Source: Bigelowiella natans CCMP2755
Lineage: Eukaryota; Protista; Cercozoa
NCBI GenBank assembly: GCA_000320545.1
Contig: ADNK01001082.1
Location: 1 to 64,000, forward strand
Length of the DNA stretch: 64,000 bases
Direction of reading: 5' to 3'
In this document: positions 36,743 to 50,883 of the stretch, one piece after another
Layout of the letters: the number at the start of each line of letters is the position of its first letter
Numbering within the stretch: position 1 is the first letter of the stretch
Program-made: the position numbers and the translations under genes
Notes under the pieces: generated by a model
What the model saw: the letters and a program-made list of their open reading frames with translations, nothing else
The model's database searches: none
What the model was told of the DNA's origin: nothing

Positions 36743-39612
36743 TCAACACTTCTCCCCCCCCCCCCCTCCTCCTCCAACTATAAAGGGTGCTGCCTTCACT
36801 GCTGCTGCGGATTTCTCAAGATCAAGCTCCGAAATGATGTCAAAATCATTGAGAATCTCCACCTTTCTCCCAGTGAATCCAAGCAAGTACTTATGCTTTC
36901 CCTTACCCGACTGCATAGAGTAGTGGTAGTAGTAGTAGTAGTAGTAGCAGCAGCAGCAGCAGTGCTGTTGTCAAGTCATACAGAAAAGAAAGATAGCACT
37001 GGTATCTTTTAAGGTGCATTGCAATACCGTAAAGCTGCAGAAGCAGCAGCAGCAGCAGCAACAACAACAACAATAACAATAACAGTGCGTGTACATTCAT
37101 ATACCAAGCAGCAGCATTACCAACAAGGTTATTGTTTATGTATTTATTCACGATGGAAGTGGTTGTGTTTATTACTACTTCTTGGGTTAGTTAACTGTTG
37201 GTCATCTGACCTTTATTTCTGCGCTTTGCTTCTTATCAGCCTTCACAATGAGAAATGGAAAGTATAACTTGGGAGGAGGAGGAGGAGGAGGAGGAGGAGG
37301 AGGAGGGGGAGGGGGAGGGGGAGAAAATGAACAACACCAAAGGGTATAATCGAGTATGATGACGATGATGACGACTATGATGATGATTATGATAACAAAT
37401 CGACAAGCACGACAAAAATCTTGAGTAATGGTGGCGGAAAGCTATGTGTGTAGCAACAGTACCTTTTCACAGGAGTTGCTACTGTCGCCTCTCTCGGTGC
37501 GAAGTCGCTGTCTTTTCGCATTTCTCTCCAAGAGGGCCTTCGTTCGTACATACTGAATATTGACCTCATTTAACATTCGTTTTTTGCTCTCAATTCTGCT
37601 CTGCGTTTCTGCGATCTGCTTTTCCACGGCTTGCTTCCTTTCCACCATAGAACTAGAAGAAGGCGATGATGATGTGGAGGAGGAGGAGGAGGAGGAGGTA
37701 GGCGGGAAAACACATCTTGATCTGCTGCTGCTACTCGATTTTGTCGATATGAAAGTAGTAGAGCCCTCTTTCTTCGCAACCATCACCGCTGATGATGCCT
37801 TGTGAAGAGAATCGCTACGAGAGACGACACCCGATAGTGATGACTTGGATGCTGGTACTGACGTTGAGGTTAAATGATCACTCATACTGCTTTCTCCTTT
37901 ACTTCTAAAACGACAATTGCTGGTGGTCCCAATCCATTCGATGTTGTTCTTAGTCTTTCTGACCAAGCCCAGCGCCATAAGCACATTGAGTGTGTCGTAA
38001 ATTCGCCGCCGTATGCTCTTCTCTGTTTGCTCCTGATAAATATAATATTATATATATTGTTATTTTACGTAGTAATGCATTGAAAGACTCTTTTTACCCA
38101 CCCACCCCTTACCCCCACCGCATCATCACAGTAGATAAATACACTACGTATCGTCGTCTTGTAAAAATACCAATTGGCCATTGCTGTTGGTGAGAAAGCT
38201 TTTGTACAGCATGGAGATCATGGTTTCTTGAGTTGCAGATCCAATCGAGGAAAGGGTCTCGCAGATCTTATTGCTCAAGTATTTGAGCCCTCGCATAGAT
38301 CTTACGTTGGTGGTAACGGTGGTAGTAGAAGTAGTAGTAGTATTAGTAGTAGGAGGAAGAGTATCCCTTGTGAAACTCATACTTCTCTGGGAGAAAGCAA
38401 CTGCTTGTCGTTTATTCTTCCGATTCGAAGGGCGGACAGGCCTAGGAGTTACGATTTTGGAGGCAATGGACCCAGAGCGAAAGCTTGGTGGATGCATGGT
38501 AGAGCGTGCCGATTCTTGCTTGGCTCGGGGCGAGGAAGACGACGATTTAGTTTTATCCTTCTTGTTAGCAATCTTCTTTTCGTGAGACTTCTTCGGATTG
38601 AGTGCCAGCTGATCTGGCAATGCTTTGCATCGCATCGTCGTCAGTCGTGGTGGCTTGAAGAAAAGGGACGACTAAGTTTAATAATGAAGTATCAAGATAG
38701 GACATAACGCTAAAATACGAGGAGAAGATCCCCGACGTATTAAAAAAAGGAAAGTAAAGGAAATCAAAGTGAAAGTGTTGCTTCTCCTGGTGACGCATGG
38801 TCCTGAGTAGTCCATTTGATTGCACATGGTGATTTTATTTTTACCGGAGGCGTGATGTCATCTGGTATTACGGGAAACCCGTCTCCATCAGGTGGTGAAT
38901 TTGCTCGAGAATCACGGACAGTCATGACGGATTCTGAGCGCTTCCTCAGGATGAGGTTTTTCTTCTGCTTAAATGCCACCCTGCTGGGACTAAGGGGCAA
39001 CGTGTGGCTGGTATCCCTGCTACATCTCGAAGTAGAACGGAAAAAATCTGGTATGGGCGAGTTGATACTCGTCTCGAATATTGGAGGGCATGACAAGGCG
39101 CGGCTGAGCATGGATTTCCCCTCCTCCTCGTCGTCATCATCCGCAAGAAGAATAGGACGAAAATGAAGACTTGTGCCGTCGACCAAGTTAATTCCTCCCA
39201 AGCGGAAAAGGGATAAACTCTCGTCCTCATCGCTGTAAGAAAATATGGTGCTATCTGAAAATCTCGAAGGATGAGTTTTTTACAAAAAATCATGATCTAC
39301 GACATTCCATCCCCCTGCATCATACCTATATTCTGATGCCATGCTGTGTGGCGTCTCAAGATTTTGGATGTCACCCAAGTCGGAAAATGTTGTCTCTTCA
39401 TGGGTTTTAAATTTGATTTGTGTCTCCGGATTTAAGTCGATCTAGCAATGAATATCAAAACTAGCCTCATGCAAAGGAACAATCATAAACGTAGATGTTT
39501 TGGTTTGCTGTGATTGATTCGTCGAGGGAAAAGGCAGAAAAGATTATATTCTTAATATAATTTCTCTCATTAGATCTGGATCATTTACCTCAAGGTCGTG
39601 TATGGTCGACAT
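36743..39612 (-). CDS. DP: DP (E2F dimerization partner) transcription factor
   Basis: RGLKYLSNKICE winged helix, DEF box SIRRRIYDTLNVLMALGLVRKTKNNIEWIG, coiled coil RIESKKRMLNE..LLERN, then FPFLIV and EILNDFDII of the DP domain. Start and end are approximate (poly-G at the 3' end). Confidence 0.9.
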
Positions 39613-40394
39613 CGGGGGTGTTGGGGGGGGGGGGGAAGAGTCACTTCGTTTCAATACGAACGGAAGGAAGAGATCAACTCTGCGGACACAGCGAGCAAGG
39701 CTAAAATCAATCAATTTTACGCCATATAGCATGTCGTCCAACTAAAAAAGACTTAATTATCATGCATCACAGGGCTTTCCGTAGCGTTCTGAACCAACAA
39801 AAAATAAAAGAGTTGGCTTACAGTGGCTCATCATCTTCAAACGTTCTCCACTTTTACTTGTACCGCTGTGCTGATCACACGTTTTTTAGGCCGATTTCAC
39901 TAAATATCACTCGAAACGTCCCCTTTCAAGGGCTCAACGACATGGGTGAATGCCATTGCGAATTTAAACGAAAACAGTAAACAGAGTGATCAGTCGCAAC
40001 GATATTAGCTGAGAAAATCCTGAAATTAGGAAATCGAACGAAATCGCTTTAAATAATCCAAAACTCGTAAGTCAAAAAATGCCCCGCCTCGTTGGAGAAT
40101 TTGCTCCTGTACAGGTTGTCTCACGACTTTTTTCACACGGATAGTCGACCCGAGGCACTATGAGAAGGACATCTGCCGGATTACTTTTTGCCCAGTTTTG
40201 AAACACAACGGGCTGCTACTTCTCTGGTGGCCCACGAACGCTCGTATCAACATGCGACAACAAATTTGTTGTCGTTGTATGTAAATCCGCATTAGTTTTG
40301 TGGTTTTCGCTGTCATCCAACGACGTAGGCTACGACTGGCCACAGCCACCTGCAGAAAAAGCAGAACCAGTAACAAACAACACCGAGGGAGAAG

Positions 40395-41336
40395 ATGAAC
40401 CAGGAGGGGCGTGACGTTTTCGAATACTTAAAAAAACAGCAGGATGAAGAGACATTCGGTGGGAAAATGGTGCGCAAGTTTAAGCAGGACCCCCTCGTCC
40501 CAACATGTAACTCGATTAGAAAGCCCCATAGAAACATGATTGCCAATCACGTGCCACCATGAAAAAATACGCCTCCACGAATTCATGCATTAGGGGAGTG
40601 ACAGCGCCCAGTTCATTTCGTGAGAAAATTATTTTAAATGTAGTTTTCGGCCTAACATGCTGTGCATTACTCGGTGGATTAAGAGCTATGGGTAACAACT
40701 GATTCCTCGTGCCCCTTCCAATTTGTTGCTTCTGCACTTCTGCCACCACTCGCCTTTGAAGGTGTCGAACTTGTACCATGAAAATTACTTCTCATACAGG
40801 AAGGGGGGATTCCAAGAACTCGAATCGCTTTATGCGCGCACGTGTCATAGCGCAGGTAACATGCATTGTTCTTCATAATCTCCAACGGGTTATAAAGCAT
40901 CGATTTTCTTGATCTTATGTCCTGGCGTTTTGCATGTCGGGGAGGAGGGGGGGTGAATCGATAGGCTGAAACATCATTGTCGGTCCTACTCCCGCAGTTC
41001 CTGACTAAATGATTTTCTACAAGGGGTGCTGTCTGGCCGCACTCGCCTACGCCGGCTTTAGGGGCCGATTGATTGTGGATCAAGAAGGGAAGCGCTCCCC
41101 AGGGGCAGGAGGTATTTCATTAGTTGCTAGTGATAGGAAAGATTGTCACTTCTATTCCACCAAGACGTGTGTTCTACGGATTTTTGGTAAACAAGATACA
41201 TTGGAACATCCTCATGATAGCGCGAATTCGGATGCGTTGATGGGGGAGGTGAATCATCTACTGTTTGCTTTAATCAGGGGATTTTCCTGGCCAAAAGATG
41301 CCACCAGGAATACCGCCTCCACCTCCTGGAAAGTAA
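40395..41336 (+). CDS. RCF1: HIG1-domain mitochondrial protein (Rcf1/HIGD2-like), 5 exons
   Basis: ETFGGKMVRKFKQDPLVPT|FFGLTCCALLGGLRAM|GRGDSKNSNRFMRARVIAQ|GCCLAALAY is the HIG_1_N signature. All splice phases are consistent. Confidence 0.93.
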
Positions 41337-41485
41337 GGAATACAATTAGATGCAATGAATTCTAGTAGGTTGTGTTGTGGTCTTGCATGTTATCAACATT
41401 GGGACACTTGTTGCAGCTACGCACGTCAGTTTGTTCACATGTTTCATCTAAATCTGCAAAAGAATGCGTTAATCTGAGCGTAGTA

Positions 41486-42300
41486 TGGCAACAGTGAACG
41501 TGTGATTGTGTGTTTGTCAATCAAACGATGTTTCTGCAAAGTGTGTTGTTGCATGCTAGCATGCTATGGTGGCCAATCGCGAAATGTGCATCCAGCAAGC
41601 TGGCAAGGCAACAGGAGCGCAATCTAGCACTAAACAGCAAACAAGTGGGCGCCCTAGAGCTCAAGGGGGCGGGTTTGCGGACACAGCAATCGCAGGCGCC
41701 CTGCGGCCCTGCCGAGCGCCGCCGGCCGAAGCTGACTTGCGGAAATGGCTTCTCTTGGCGCGTTGCGCCATTTCCGCATTTCACCAAGCCAAAACACAGC
41801 ATTTTTCTGAAATTCAGTGAAATCTGCAATGGAAACTTGCAAACTTCACTGCAACCACCCGCTAATTTCTCGCGCTCCGCGCGAGAAAAACACTCTTTTG
41901 GCCGCAAAACCCTCATTTCCGCCCCCATCTAGCCATTGAGCTCCACATGCAATGGAAACTTGCAAACATCACTGCAACCACCCGAAATTTTTTCGCGCTC
42001 CGCGCGAAAAAAACACCCCTTTGGCCGCAAAACCCTCATTTCCGCCCCCCTTGATCTCTAGATCACCCAAGTCATGTGTTCAATTTGACCACAGCAAACT
42101 AATTCATCAGCAAATGCATCATGAACAAATGGAACAAAGTTCCTTCATTGAACAATTGTGCGCGCATGGTTCCTCTAGTCATTCTAGCTAGAGCTGCATC
42201 GAAAGTAGCTTTCATTTTCTAGCTAGATGACATGGCTCAATTGCACATGATGATGCGATACACACGCCACACATGCCCCCCCCCCCTCCACACACGCCTA
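41486..42300. mobile_element. Putative degenerate non-autonomous element in the HIG1/orphan tail-to-tail spacer
   Basis: GC-rich hairpins, a 123-nt-period duplication and TpA depletion (12 TpA in 41486-42200, all CTA). No TIR or TSD identified. Confidence 0.4.
41825..42050. repeat. Two ~102-nt direct repeats (period 123), each with a perfect hairpin
   Basis: Copies at 41825-41926 and 41948-42050. Stems TTTCTCGCGC/GCGCGAGAAA and TTTTTTCGCGC/GCGCGAAAAAA, each with a TCC loop. Confidence 0.92.
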
Positions 42301-42953
42301 GACACACGCTAGGACGGATGCCATGTAGCACGAGACAGCTGTAGACAGGCTAGAAGGCACAACATGTGAATGAATCTTTCATGCATTTGCTTCAATTTTC
42401 ATCCTAATAGCTTTGCAAAGCCATGGCTACAGCGCTCAAGCTGTGTGCATGTTAGGTTTCTGCGATTCTGCATTCTTTTTGCGGCACGCAAATGCTACAT
42501 TACATGAATGCTATCTAGCTATTGCAAGTATGAAACACATGATGGGAGAAACCAACAGACGTAACAACTAGACAAAAGCGTTGTGCACATAATAACCGAG
42601 TCATTGCATAGCTATGTTAGGATGACAATTGTATTGAGAAGATTTTATCACATCGTTACACCCGTCGTCTCGCACATGAAAAGGCCATATGTGCAGGACA
42701 ATTGAAAGAATGCGATCGATCATATCATCACATACGTCTCTTGTACGTGCGCGCGCGCGCGCGTGTGTGTATGTATGAATAGAATGTTTAAAGAGACAGT
42801 TGTGGCAATGCAAGTTATCATAACGCTAGCACTCGCGACTTAATAATAGGATTCTGAACGTAGCGCCGCGGTATCACGTTCTAATAATGCTGTATTCTAC
42901 GTGCACTACTAGTTACTCGAATCACTACAACTACATCGCATGGTGGATTCACA

Positions 42954-45095
42954 TCATTCATCATTGCTATCTACATTGGCTGCTGTTGATGGAGGAGGTT
43001 CTTCCACCGTATGTATGCAAAAACCTCTTTTCAGTTTCGCTACCAGGGATCTGAGACTCTCCATAATCACTTCGCTAGTCTCCGGAGCACCCATTCTTTT
43101 ACTTTCTGCTTCCTTTCCCTCTTCATTATCCTTGACAGAGGACACTGTTGCTGATCCCAGTCGCAGTGACAGCAAGCTCTCCAGCTCCTCACACTGATTC
43201 ATATGCAATGATGATGATTGTCACCATGAACATATGTATCAATACACACACACATTTTGCATGGCATGGATTATCGTATACAAAACAATACAATTGTTCT
43301 TTTGCCATTACCAGTATAGCCACTGACGAGTCCAGCCCGTTTTTGGTGATTATACCAGCTGCTGCTTCAGACACAGGAGCGCACGACGACGAAGAGGGGG
43401 GGGAAGCTGATTGACAAGGAGCAGCCACGAATAATGCATCATCGGCGAGTCGAAGCACCTCCAACATGAGAGTTTCCCCCACAGATGAGTTGACATGGCC
43501 TGGTAGAGCAGCGAAATCAGCAGCATCAAGTGCCAGCTTAACCCCTCCGAGGATCATTGCCGGCGAGAGTAATAACATCGAATTGTCTGCAAGCAAATGA
43601 AGAAGATGAAGAAAAGCATAACCTCAGCTTTACATATGATGAAATCAACATCAAAAACGGGAGGGAGAAGCATATGTAATTTATCTCTGGGAGAGAGGTG
43701 TTTGTTCTTTTGCTCTTCACAGTGGATTATTATCACTTTATACCCGATTGTGAGTCTTTGACGGCACTCACAACAGCTCGGATGTGTGTCATCATCATCA
43801 CACGCATATAATAAATTATTTTGCGAAGGTAGGTCAGCCTGGATTCCTTTACTGCATTGTCACTAGTCATTTTATCATCATCATCTGTGAAGGAGGAGGG
43901 GGAGGGCAAGAACGGCCTCACAGCGATGTTCTGGTTAGTAAAGTAGTAATGGGCAGGTATCTTTGTGCCATCCATGCCGTTCTCATTCAGTGACGCTGCC
44001 TCCTCCTCCTCCTCCTTCGTTATCTTTCCTGATGATCTTTGTTTGATTCCTGTATCTAACATGATCTGGAGAGCCTTAAAGGCAACATACACTCTAATCC
44101 CCCCACCAGACGATAGCCCATTCATTCCTAGCGTCACCCTCTCGAATGCGGTTGTATATCGTGCTTCCCCCCGCCCCCCTCCTATGGAGGGAGCGCAAAA
44201 GGGAAACGTATATGGAGACAACAAATGCGTGTAAACGTGTCTAAAGGAGGATGGGGTGGTGAGAGGGTGAGAGAGGAATGATGCGAGTGCGATATACACG
44301 AGGCGATGGAAGTTCTTCCGATGAGAAGCTGCCGAAAGCAGAAGGTACTTGGCAAGGAGTGGGAAGGAAGACACCATCACCTGCAAAAGTGGGTTTTTAA
44401 TAATAAAAACTGCAATGATACTGATGGCATTGTTTGCGTAGGAACGGAGTGCGGGGAAGCAGCAGCAGCAGCAGCACATAATACCTTTTCGGGAGAAAGA
44501 TGATGATAGCGCTGGTGGCGAGTCGTCGATGCTACTACACCACTACTGCTATCCTCTTTGCTGCTGCTGCTGCTGTAATAGTAGTGGTAGTCTCCCTGGC
44601 ACCAGGAATACAAATAGGAGGAGAAAGGAAAGGAAGAAGAAGAAGAAGAAGAAGAAGAAGAAGAAGAAGAAGGAGAAGGAGAAGAAGCAGTGTGAGGCCT
44701 CCTTAGATAGATATTATTCAAAGTGCAGACAGAAGAGGATTCGGTGGGATTTTCCTTGACACACGCACCCTCTATTCCTAAATCACTTTCAGCAGCGTAA
44801 TTGCCGTGACCGTGTTACTAACATTGCAGAATACCACCCCCCTCCCCTCATGAAGAAAAATAACAATTTCATCAAATACTGACCATTTCTCTCCCCCCCT
44901 TGCGGTCACCATCGCTATCATCATCATCGATAAATGAGACTCTATATTCTAGAACGTCTCCGCTGACGGGGTCTAATGATGCTCCATCAATAGTAGCAGA
45001 GAACCTTACAACGACCACAAGACGTGGAGAGGAGGAGGATGAGGGTTAACCATAACCCATATAATTAACATAATTAAACACACATACGCACAGTC

Positions 45096-45141
<46 letters not shown>

Positions 45142-45491
45142 GTTTGTGCGTGTGTGTATCATCATGCAAATCGGGTTCCACTACCACTCCAAGTCTTCAT
45201 CCCCCCGCTCCCCTTCTCCCTCGCCACCATCTGCATCGTACACAGCCTCTCCAGGGAGAGGGGTGCTGAGCTTGTAGAGAAGCAGCGATGATGCACGATT
45301 CCCTTGCTGCTGCAGTGACTTTTTCTGCTTCATAAATGACAGTAAAAGGCCATGTCCAAATCAATCATTTTGTAGAGAACATCGTCAATGTTGCTTGAAA
45401 ATCCTACAATATTTCATTCTGTACTACGGTCTTTATTGGATCGCAGTTGTCCGATGGCAACCCGGATTATTCAATATAACAATATACAACA

Positions 45492-45530
<39 letters not shown>

Positions 45531-45869
45531 CATACCAATATGCAATACATAGATATCAAAGAAGTTGGGTAATAATCAACATGCTGCCACCCCCCCCCCC
45601 CTTTCTATATATGAGGTGTATGCACGGCTGCTATTCCCACCTCGATGACGACTTGTTGTTGGAACGTATTCAGGCTCCATGCCATCCTCTGCGCCTTGTC
45701 GTTGGAAATCCCGCCATATCGTAAGATTTCCTTGTTGTTGTTAAGGTGGTTTTGGCCGCCGTAGCGCATAAGAGAGATAAGATACAAACATATATATGTA
45801 AATGACAAGGACAAAACCATGGTTGAGCAAATAGACGATTCCTGACTCATGCATCTTTGGTGGTGGCGG

Positions 45870-45903
<34 letters not shown>

Positions 45904-47108
45904 AGTGTGAATAGCATTAACGAGCTTACTACTTCTCGCAGAGTACTACTACTACTACTACTACTACTATTACTCTGGAAAAAGAAGAAGAAGGAGAAGA
46001 AAGAGACGCACCTTCAAGAGTGCAACGATAGACAAAATTTTGCTGCTTCTAATCGCAGGGTCAGTCTGTGAAAACAGAATGAACAAGTTGGAGTGTGCGT
46101 GCACGCGCGCGTGTGAGTGTACGAATCCATAATAATAATGCTGACAACAAGAACATAAATCTAACAGGTCCAGTAGTGATATGTAGGTAGGAGAGAGCAG
46201 CAGAAGTATCCGTCATCATAGTTCTCGATTCAGTAGTAGTAGTACCATATGTGCAATGTGTGTCAATAGGTCTTTCCAGGTTGAGGGATGGGGAGGCCGC
46301 AGCGTTACTAGAACGGGAGGCTGCAGTTTGCTGGTGCTATCATCATTATCCTCTGCTGCAATGATCTCGTAGAAGCTCTCAGAAGATGAGACAGCCTTCT
46401 GTGCTCGCACACGCACACGCACACGCACAAGCACACGCGGTAAAACGTGAGTATATATGTACTTGAGGGGGGAGGGGCATCTGCATCGTAGTATGGATGC
46501 ATTATCATCACTGTTATCATCGTTAGAACTGAGCGACGGTGTGGTATTTAACACCAGGAAGACACCAAAACTACCAAAATATACATAACACACATGGTTC
46601 ACTGAGAGAATCTCGGAGCCTGGAATCACCCCTGATCCTAGAGGGGAGAGTATGTATTATATTTATGCAAACTGTGTACACATGCAGAACAAAAAAGATA
46701 ATTCAAGATACTACACATTCTCGAATACATTACAATATATACTGGCAATTTAGGTAACACACTTAACACACATCTCCTTCACCCCCCCCCCCCTTATCAT
46801 CGATGTTCTTCTTACTTTGCGCAACAGAAGAATCTTCCACATTCGTAATAACGCAAACCACCCGGCTGGTACTACTCCCTGCCCTATTTAGTGCTGCTGC
46901 CGCATTTTTCTCTGCAGCACTGCAGGTGCTTCGGTGATAAACGTCAGCGAATTCTATCCCAAATGGCCTGGATTCGAGCCGGTGCGACAGCCACATATCC
47001 GGCCATATTTGCGAAAGCAAGGGCCTAGATTATGTTGTGGAAGGAGTAAGGCGCGACAACATTTTCCACATCATCTGTGCAGACTACTTAATTGATACTA
47101 ATGATGAC

Positions 47109-47155
<47 letters not shown>

Positions 47156-48187
47156 TTTTCTTACGCGAGCCGTTCTCTAAATGTCCACTCCATAGCAGCA
47201 TAGCTATCAGCCAGGCCTGGCAGTAGTTGTTGTTGTTGTTGTTGCTGCGTCTGCTCTCGCTTCTCGAAATTCTGACTGGTGTTCCCTTCCCCCCTCTCAC
47301 TGGATCGATGAGTTTGCATTTCGTATGATGCTAGCGCACGTGGCGATGGTTTCGAGCTTGCTCTTCTATGACGACGTGGGATGACTATCTTGTGCAAAAT
47401 CACTGATGTTTTGTGCACCAATAAGTCGAGAGTACTATAGAGCTGCTCTAGGACGGAGAACGACGATGACCTGGAAAAACCTGTTGTGCACCAACTACAA
47501 TGAGTTACAATCCCCTTTTGCACTTCCACATTTTTTCCTTCATCATCATCATCATTATCATTTTTACTATTACTATTATTATGACTGGTACATTGTGCTC
47601 CTGAAACATTATACACCGACCTGTTCCAGCGCCACAACAAAGCAACACGAGACATCGTTCTAGATGCGCCAAATACATACTTTCCACAGGCAGCGAGCGC
47701 CTCGCCACTGCCTTCGTTTCTTCCTTCATCGGCCGACGTGATGACGAAGAAGATGATGAAGATGATGAAGATGATGATGAAGATGATGATGAAGATGATG
47801 GCTCCGTAGGATCGACTAGCCTCCTAGTATTACTAAGTAACGGCATGACTTCTTCCTCCCACTTTACAACGGAGATATCAATCGAAGATACAAACACAGC
47901 GAGAAGCCGTAGAATTGTCATCTTCGCCAGTACATCTTCGTCGCCCCTGCGTCGTCTAGTTCTTCTTCTTCGTTTTGCCTTTTCATCATCTACTTCGCTG
48001 AAGACCTCCCCTCTCTGATGGCCTCCCCCCCCTTCTTCTCCTCCTCCTCCTCCTCCTCCTCCTCCTCCTCCCCCTCCTCGTAGGCTGCCAACTACAGGAA
48101 GAAGCACTTGTGCAGCGGCAGGATAAAGGACATGTTGAAGAAAATCGAAGATCGTGAGACGCCCTCCGTACATTCCGCCATATGAAC

Positions 48188-48219
<32 letters not shown>

Positions 48220-49269
48220 GCATCTGGCCCTCGCTCCGAATGGCGAGGCGAAGCTGTTTGAGGAGGAGGAGGAGGGAAAAGAGCTCGACAAAACGCCTCA
48301 AGATTGCGAGATTTGGCTTCCGACAAGGCATTGCTTGTTATGAGACTTAATGCCAATGAGCATATGAGGGGAGGGGGGGGAGAGGAGGAGGAAGAGGCAC
48401 TAGAAGAAGAAGAAGGAGGAGATTTAGTTTTTCCACGAATATTAGTATGGTCATTATGCTTCTCCGGCGTAGCAACAATCGCTTCAAAAGAGCGCACACG
48501 TGATCTGTCATGTAGAGGATGGGAGGGGGGGGGGGAGTAGGAGGAGAAGGAGAGGTAGATGCGGATCATATCAGAACTTAAATGTCATCTATATACTCAC
48601 GCAATAGCAGCTTTCAGTATTAGTAGTTCTCCGACATTGATGGCAACGATGATGATAACATTGATGCTGATGACGTTGAGGAGGAGGAGGAGGAGGAGGA
48701 GGAGGAGGAAGGTATAGCAGCGGAGAGGTGGTTATATTCATCATCTCCTTCCCCTCTCCCATTGAGGAGGCGGAGATATGAAGCCATCAGCCCAGCCTGG
48801 AGAGGAAGGAAAGGGTGAAAATATCATTAAAAATATGCTTTAATTGTAAACTAAGTATATGCCAGTGCCATTGTTGCATTATCATCCTTATTGTTATATA
48901 TTGCTCGCATTTACGGAATCAAATGAAACTACTTCCGAAATGATTAAGAAGCACAAAATGACCTGATTTTTGGTACTAACTGCAGCCATGAACAAAGCTT
49001 TGGCCACCAAAGCAGGACTCCTTATTGCGCAGATAGCCAATTCCTTCACCGCCCCATCACCCCCGGCAGCAGCATCAGTAATTGCATGAGCATTATCATA
49101 AGGAAGAGGCCTAGAATCATTGGAACAGCTTGTGGTGAGCTTGTTCATCGCCGATGTGATGCACATTTGTATTGGCTTCTCCAAGTTTTTCTTTCTAGTG
49201 CCTTGAGATGCTGCTGACATGACCATCGAGAAGTTCAGAATATCTTCGGTTGTTCCTTGCTCCTACATA

Positions 49270-49306
<37 letters not shown>

Positions 49307-50883
49307 AATAAGGGCACCTACAGCATTCACAATTTTCTAACACACCAGCACATCGCTTCTCACATCATTTCCCCTTCTCCTTGCCGACTAAATTTCTTCG
49401 CTAACACCTTCATCATCATCCCCTGCAGAGACCGCCTAATCGCAATCAAATCGTCAAGATGCTGCACATTTTCCAAGAGTCGAAGCCACGCTCCATGCCA
49501 TAACATCCAGTTGTGTGCTGCTGGGCGGGAAGAAAGGGCGGGGAGGATAGCCGTTTTGTCTCCCTCCTCTTTTCCCTTCGCCTTGATTTCGGATAACGAC
49601 GACAACGATGACGACGAAGCCATCATAAGTGCCTTTCCAAGGGCAAGTGCTTTCTCTCGACGTTCCAATGGTAGGCTCCATGGAACCTCCGACAGCAGTG
49701 AATAATAGCTATCCGCGTAGACCTGAAGCCGCCTCCCTCCACCTCCTTTAGCATCATCGATATCATTGATGAAGAAGATGGAGGGAGAGGATGATGCCAC
49801 AGAGCTGTGCTGGTGTCCTCCTTGCTCTCTTCGTATTCTTTGCCGTAAATTTTGTCCTTTGACCTCCTTTGCATTTTTACCTCCCCCGTGCTCAAATTTT
49901 ACCGCAGCTTCTTCGAGTATGGTGACAATATGATCAGGTAGGTCACTCCTCACAAGTGGCAGTAGGTATTCATCGAGGCCCACCAACGAAACACCCGACG
50001 GAGTGCTAGAAGAAGGAGAAGAAGAAGAAGAAGAAGAAGAAGAAGAGGGCTTTTCATCGTCCAAGCTGCTTTGAGGTGCCTTCACACAGCAGCCGAAGAA
50101 GTCTTTCACGCTTTGCGGAAGGTTCTTAAGATTTTCCCTTTCATAAGGTCGCAGGTTTAGGGAGGACAAGATTGCATCATACCAACAACGAGATATTGAC
50201 GATGCGGAGGTCAGCAACCGCATGCCGGGAGATGGTAAAAATCCGCTCGTGAAGAGGTCATCCCTATAACCTCCTTCGCCAGCAGGAAAACTCCTATTGT
50301 GATAGTAATATGTGGATGTCTCAGTCTGTATCAGTATATTTCCGTTGTCGTTTGTGGTTTTATTCTTTCATATTCTTTGTTCGTCGCACGCGTACTTGCA
50401 TACAAACACACGACACACCATACACATCACATGCCTCCTCTATTGTACCCTTTCGTTAGCTTTGACATCACATCGGAACGGTTGAGAAACAGGGCAAGTT
50501 GGAGAATGCTCAAATGCCGTGATCCCAGCCTTGAAGAGGGGCCGTCATCGCTGCTGCCTACAAGTGCTTCGCATACCACTCGGATCGATTCGGCATCTGC
50601 TCAAACATAGGACAAATTTCTGTCGATACAACGAATAACTTAATCCTAAACGAAACGAAAAATTAGACCTCGCCAATCTTGGCGTTTACAGTAGCGGGAC
50701 ACAGCATCTATCCGGTTTCTCAGAGCTACCAAGCTGCGTAGATGCTGCCGCTTTACAGAAATCGGAGAACAATTCAATCAAATACAGATTGCAATCGCTT
50801 TGGAAAAAAGATAATTATTCTTGACTACGAACCTCCCCCACCTCATGTCCCGCTGGTAAGCTCATATGTGCGCCGACATCCAT
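42954..50883 (-). CDS. Very large uncharacterised, probably alpha-helical protein with many homopolymeric inserts
   Basis: Chain of long minus-strand ORFs (50223-49360, 49226-48960, 48569-47300, 44479-43800, 43596-43290, 43208-42954) with GT-AG borders and Leu-rich amphipathic segments. Start inferred as MDVGAHMSLPAGHE|. Confidence 0.7.
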
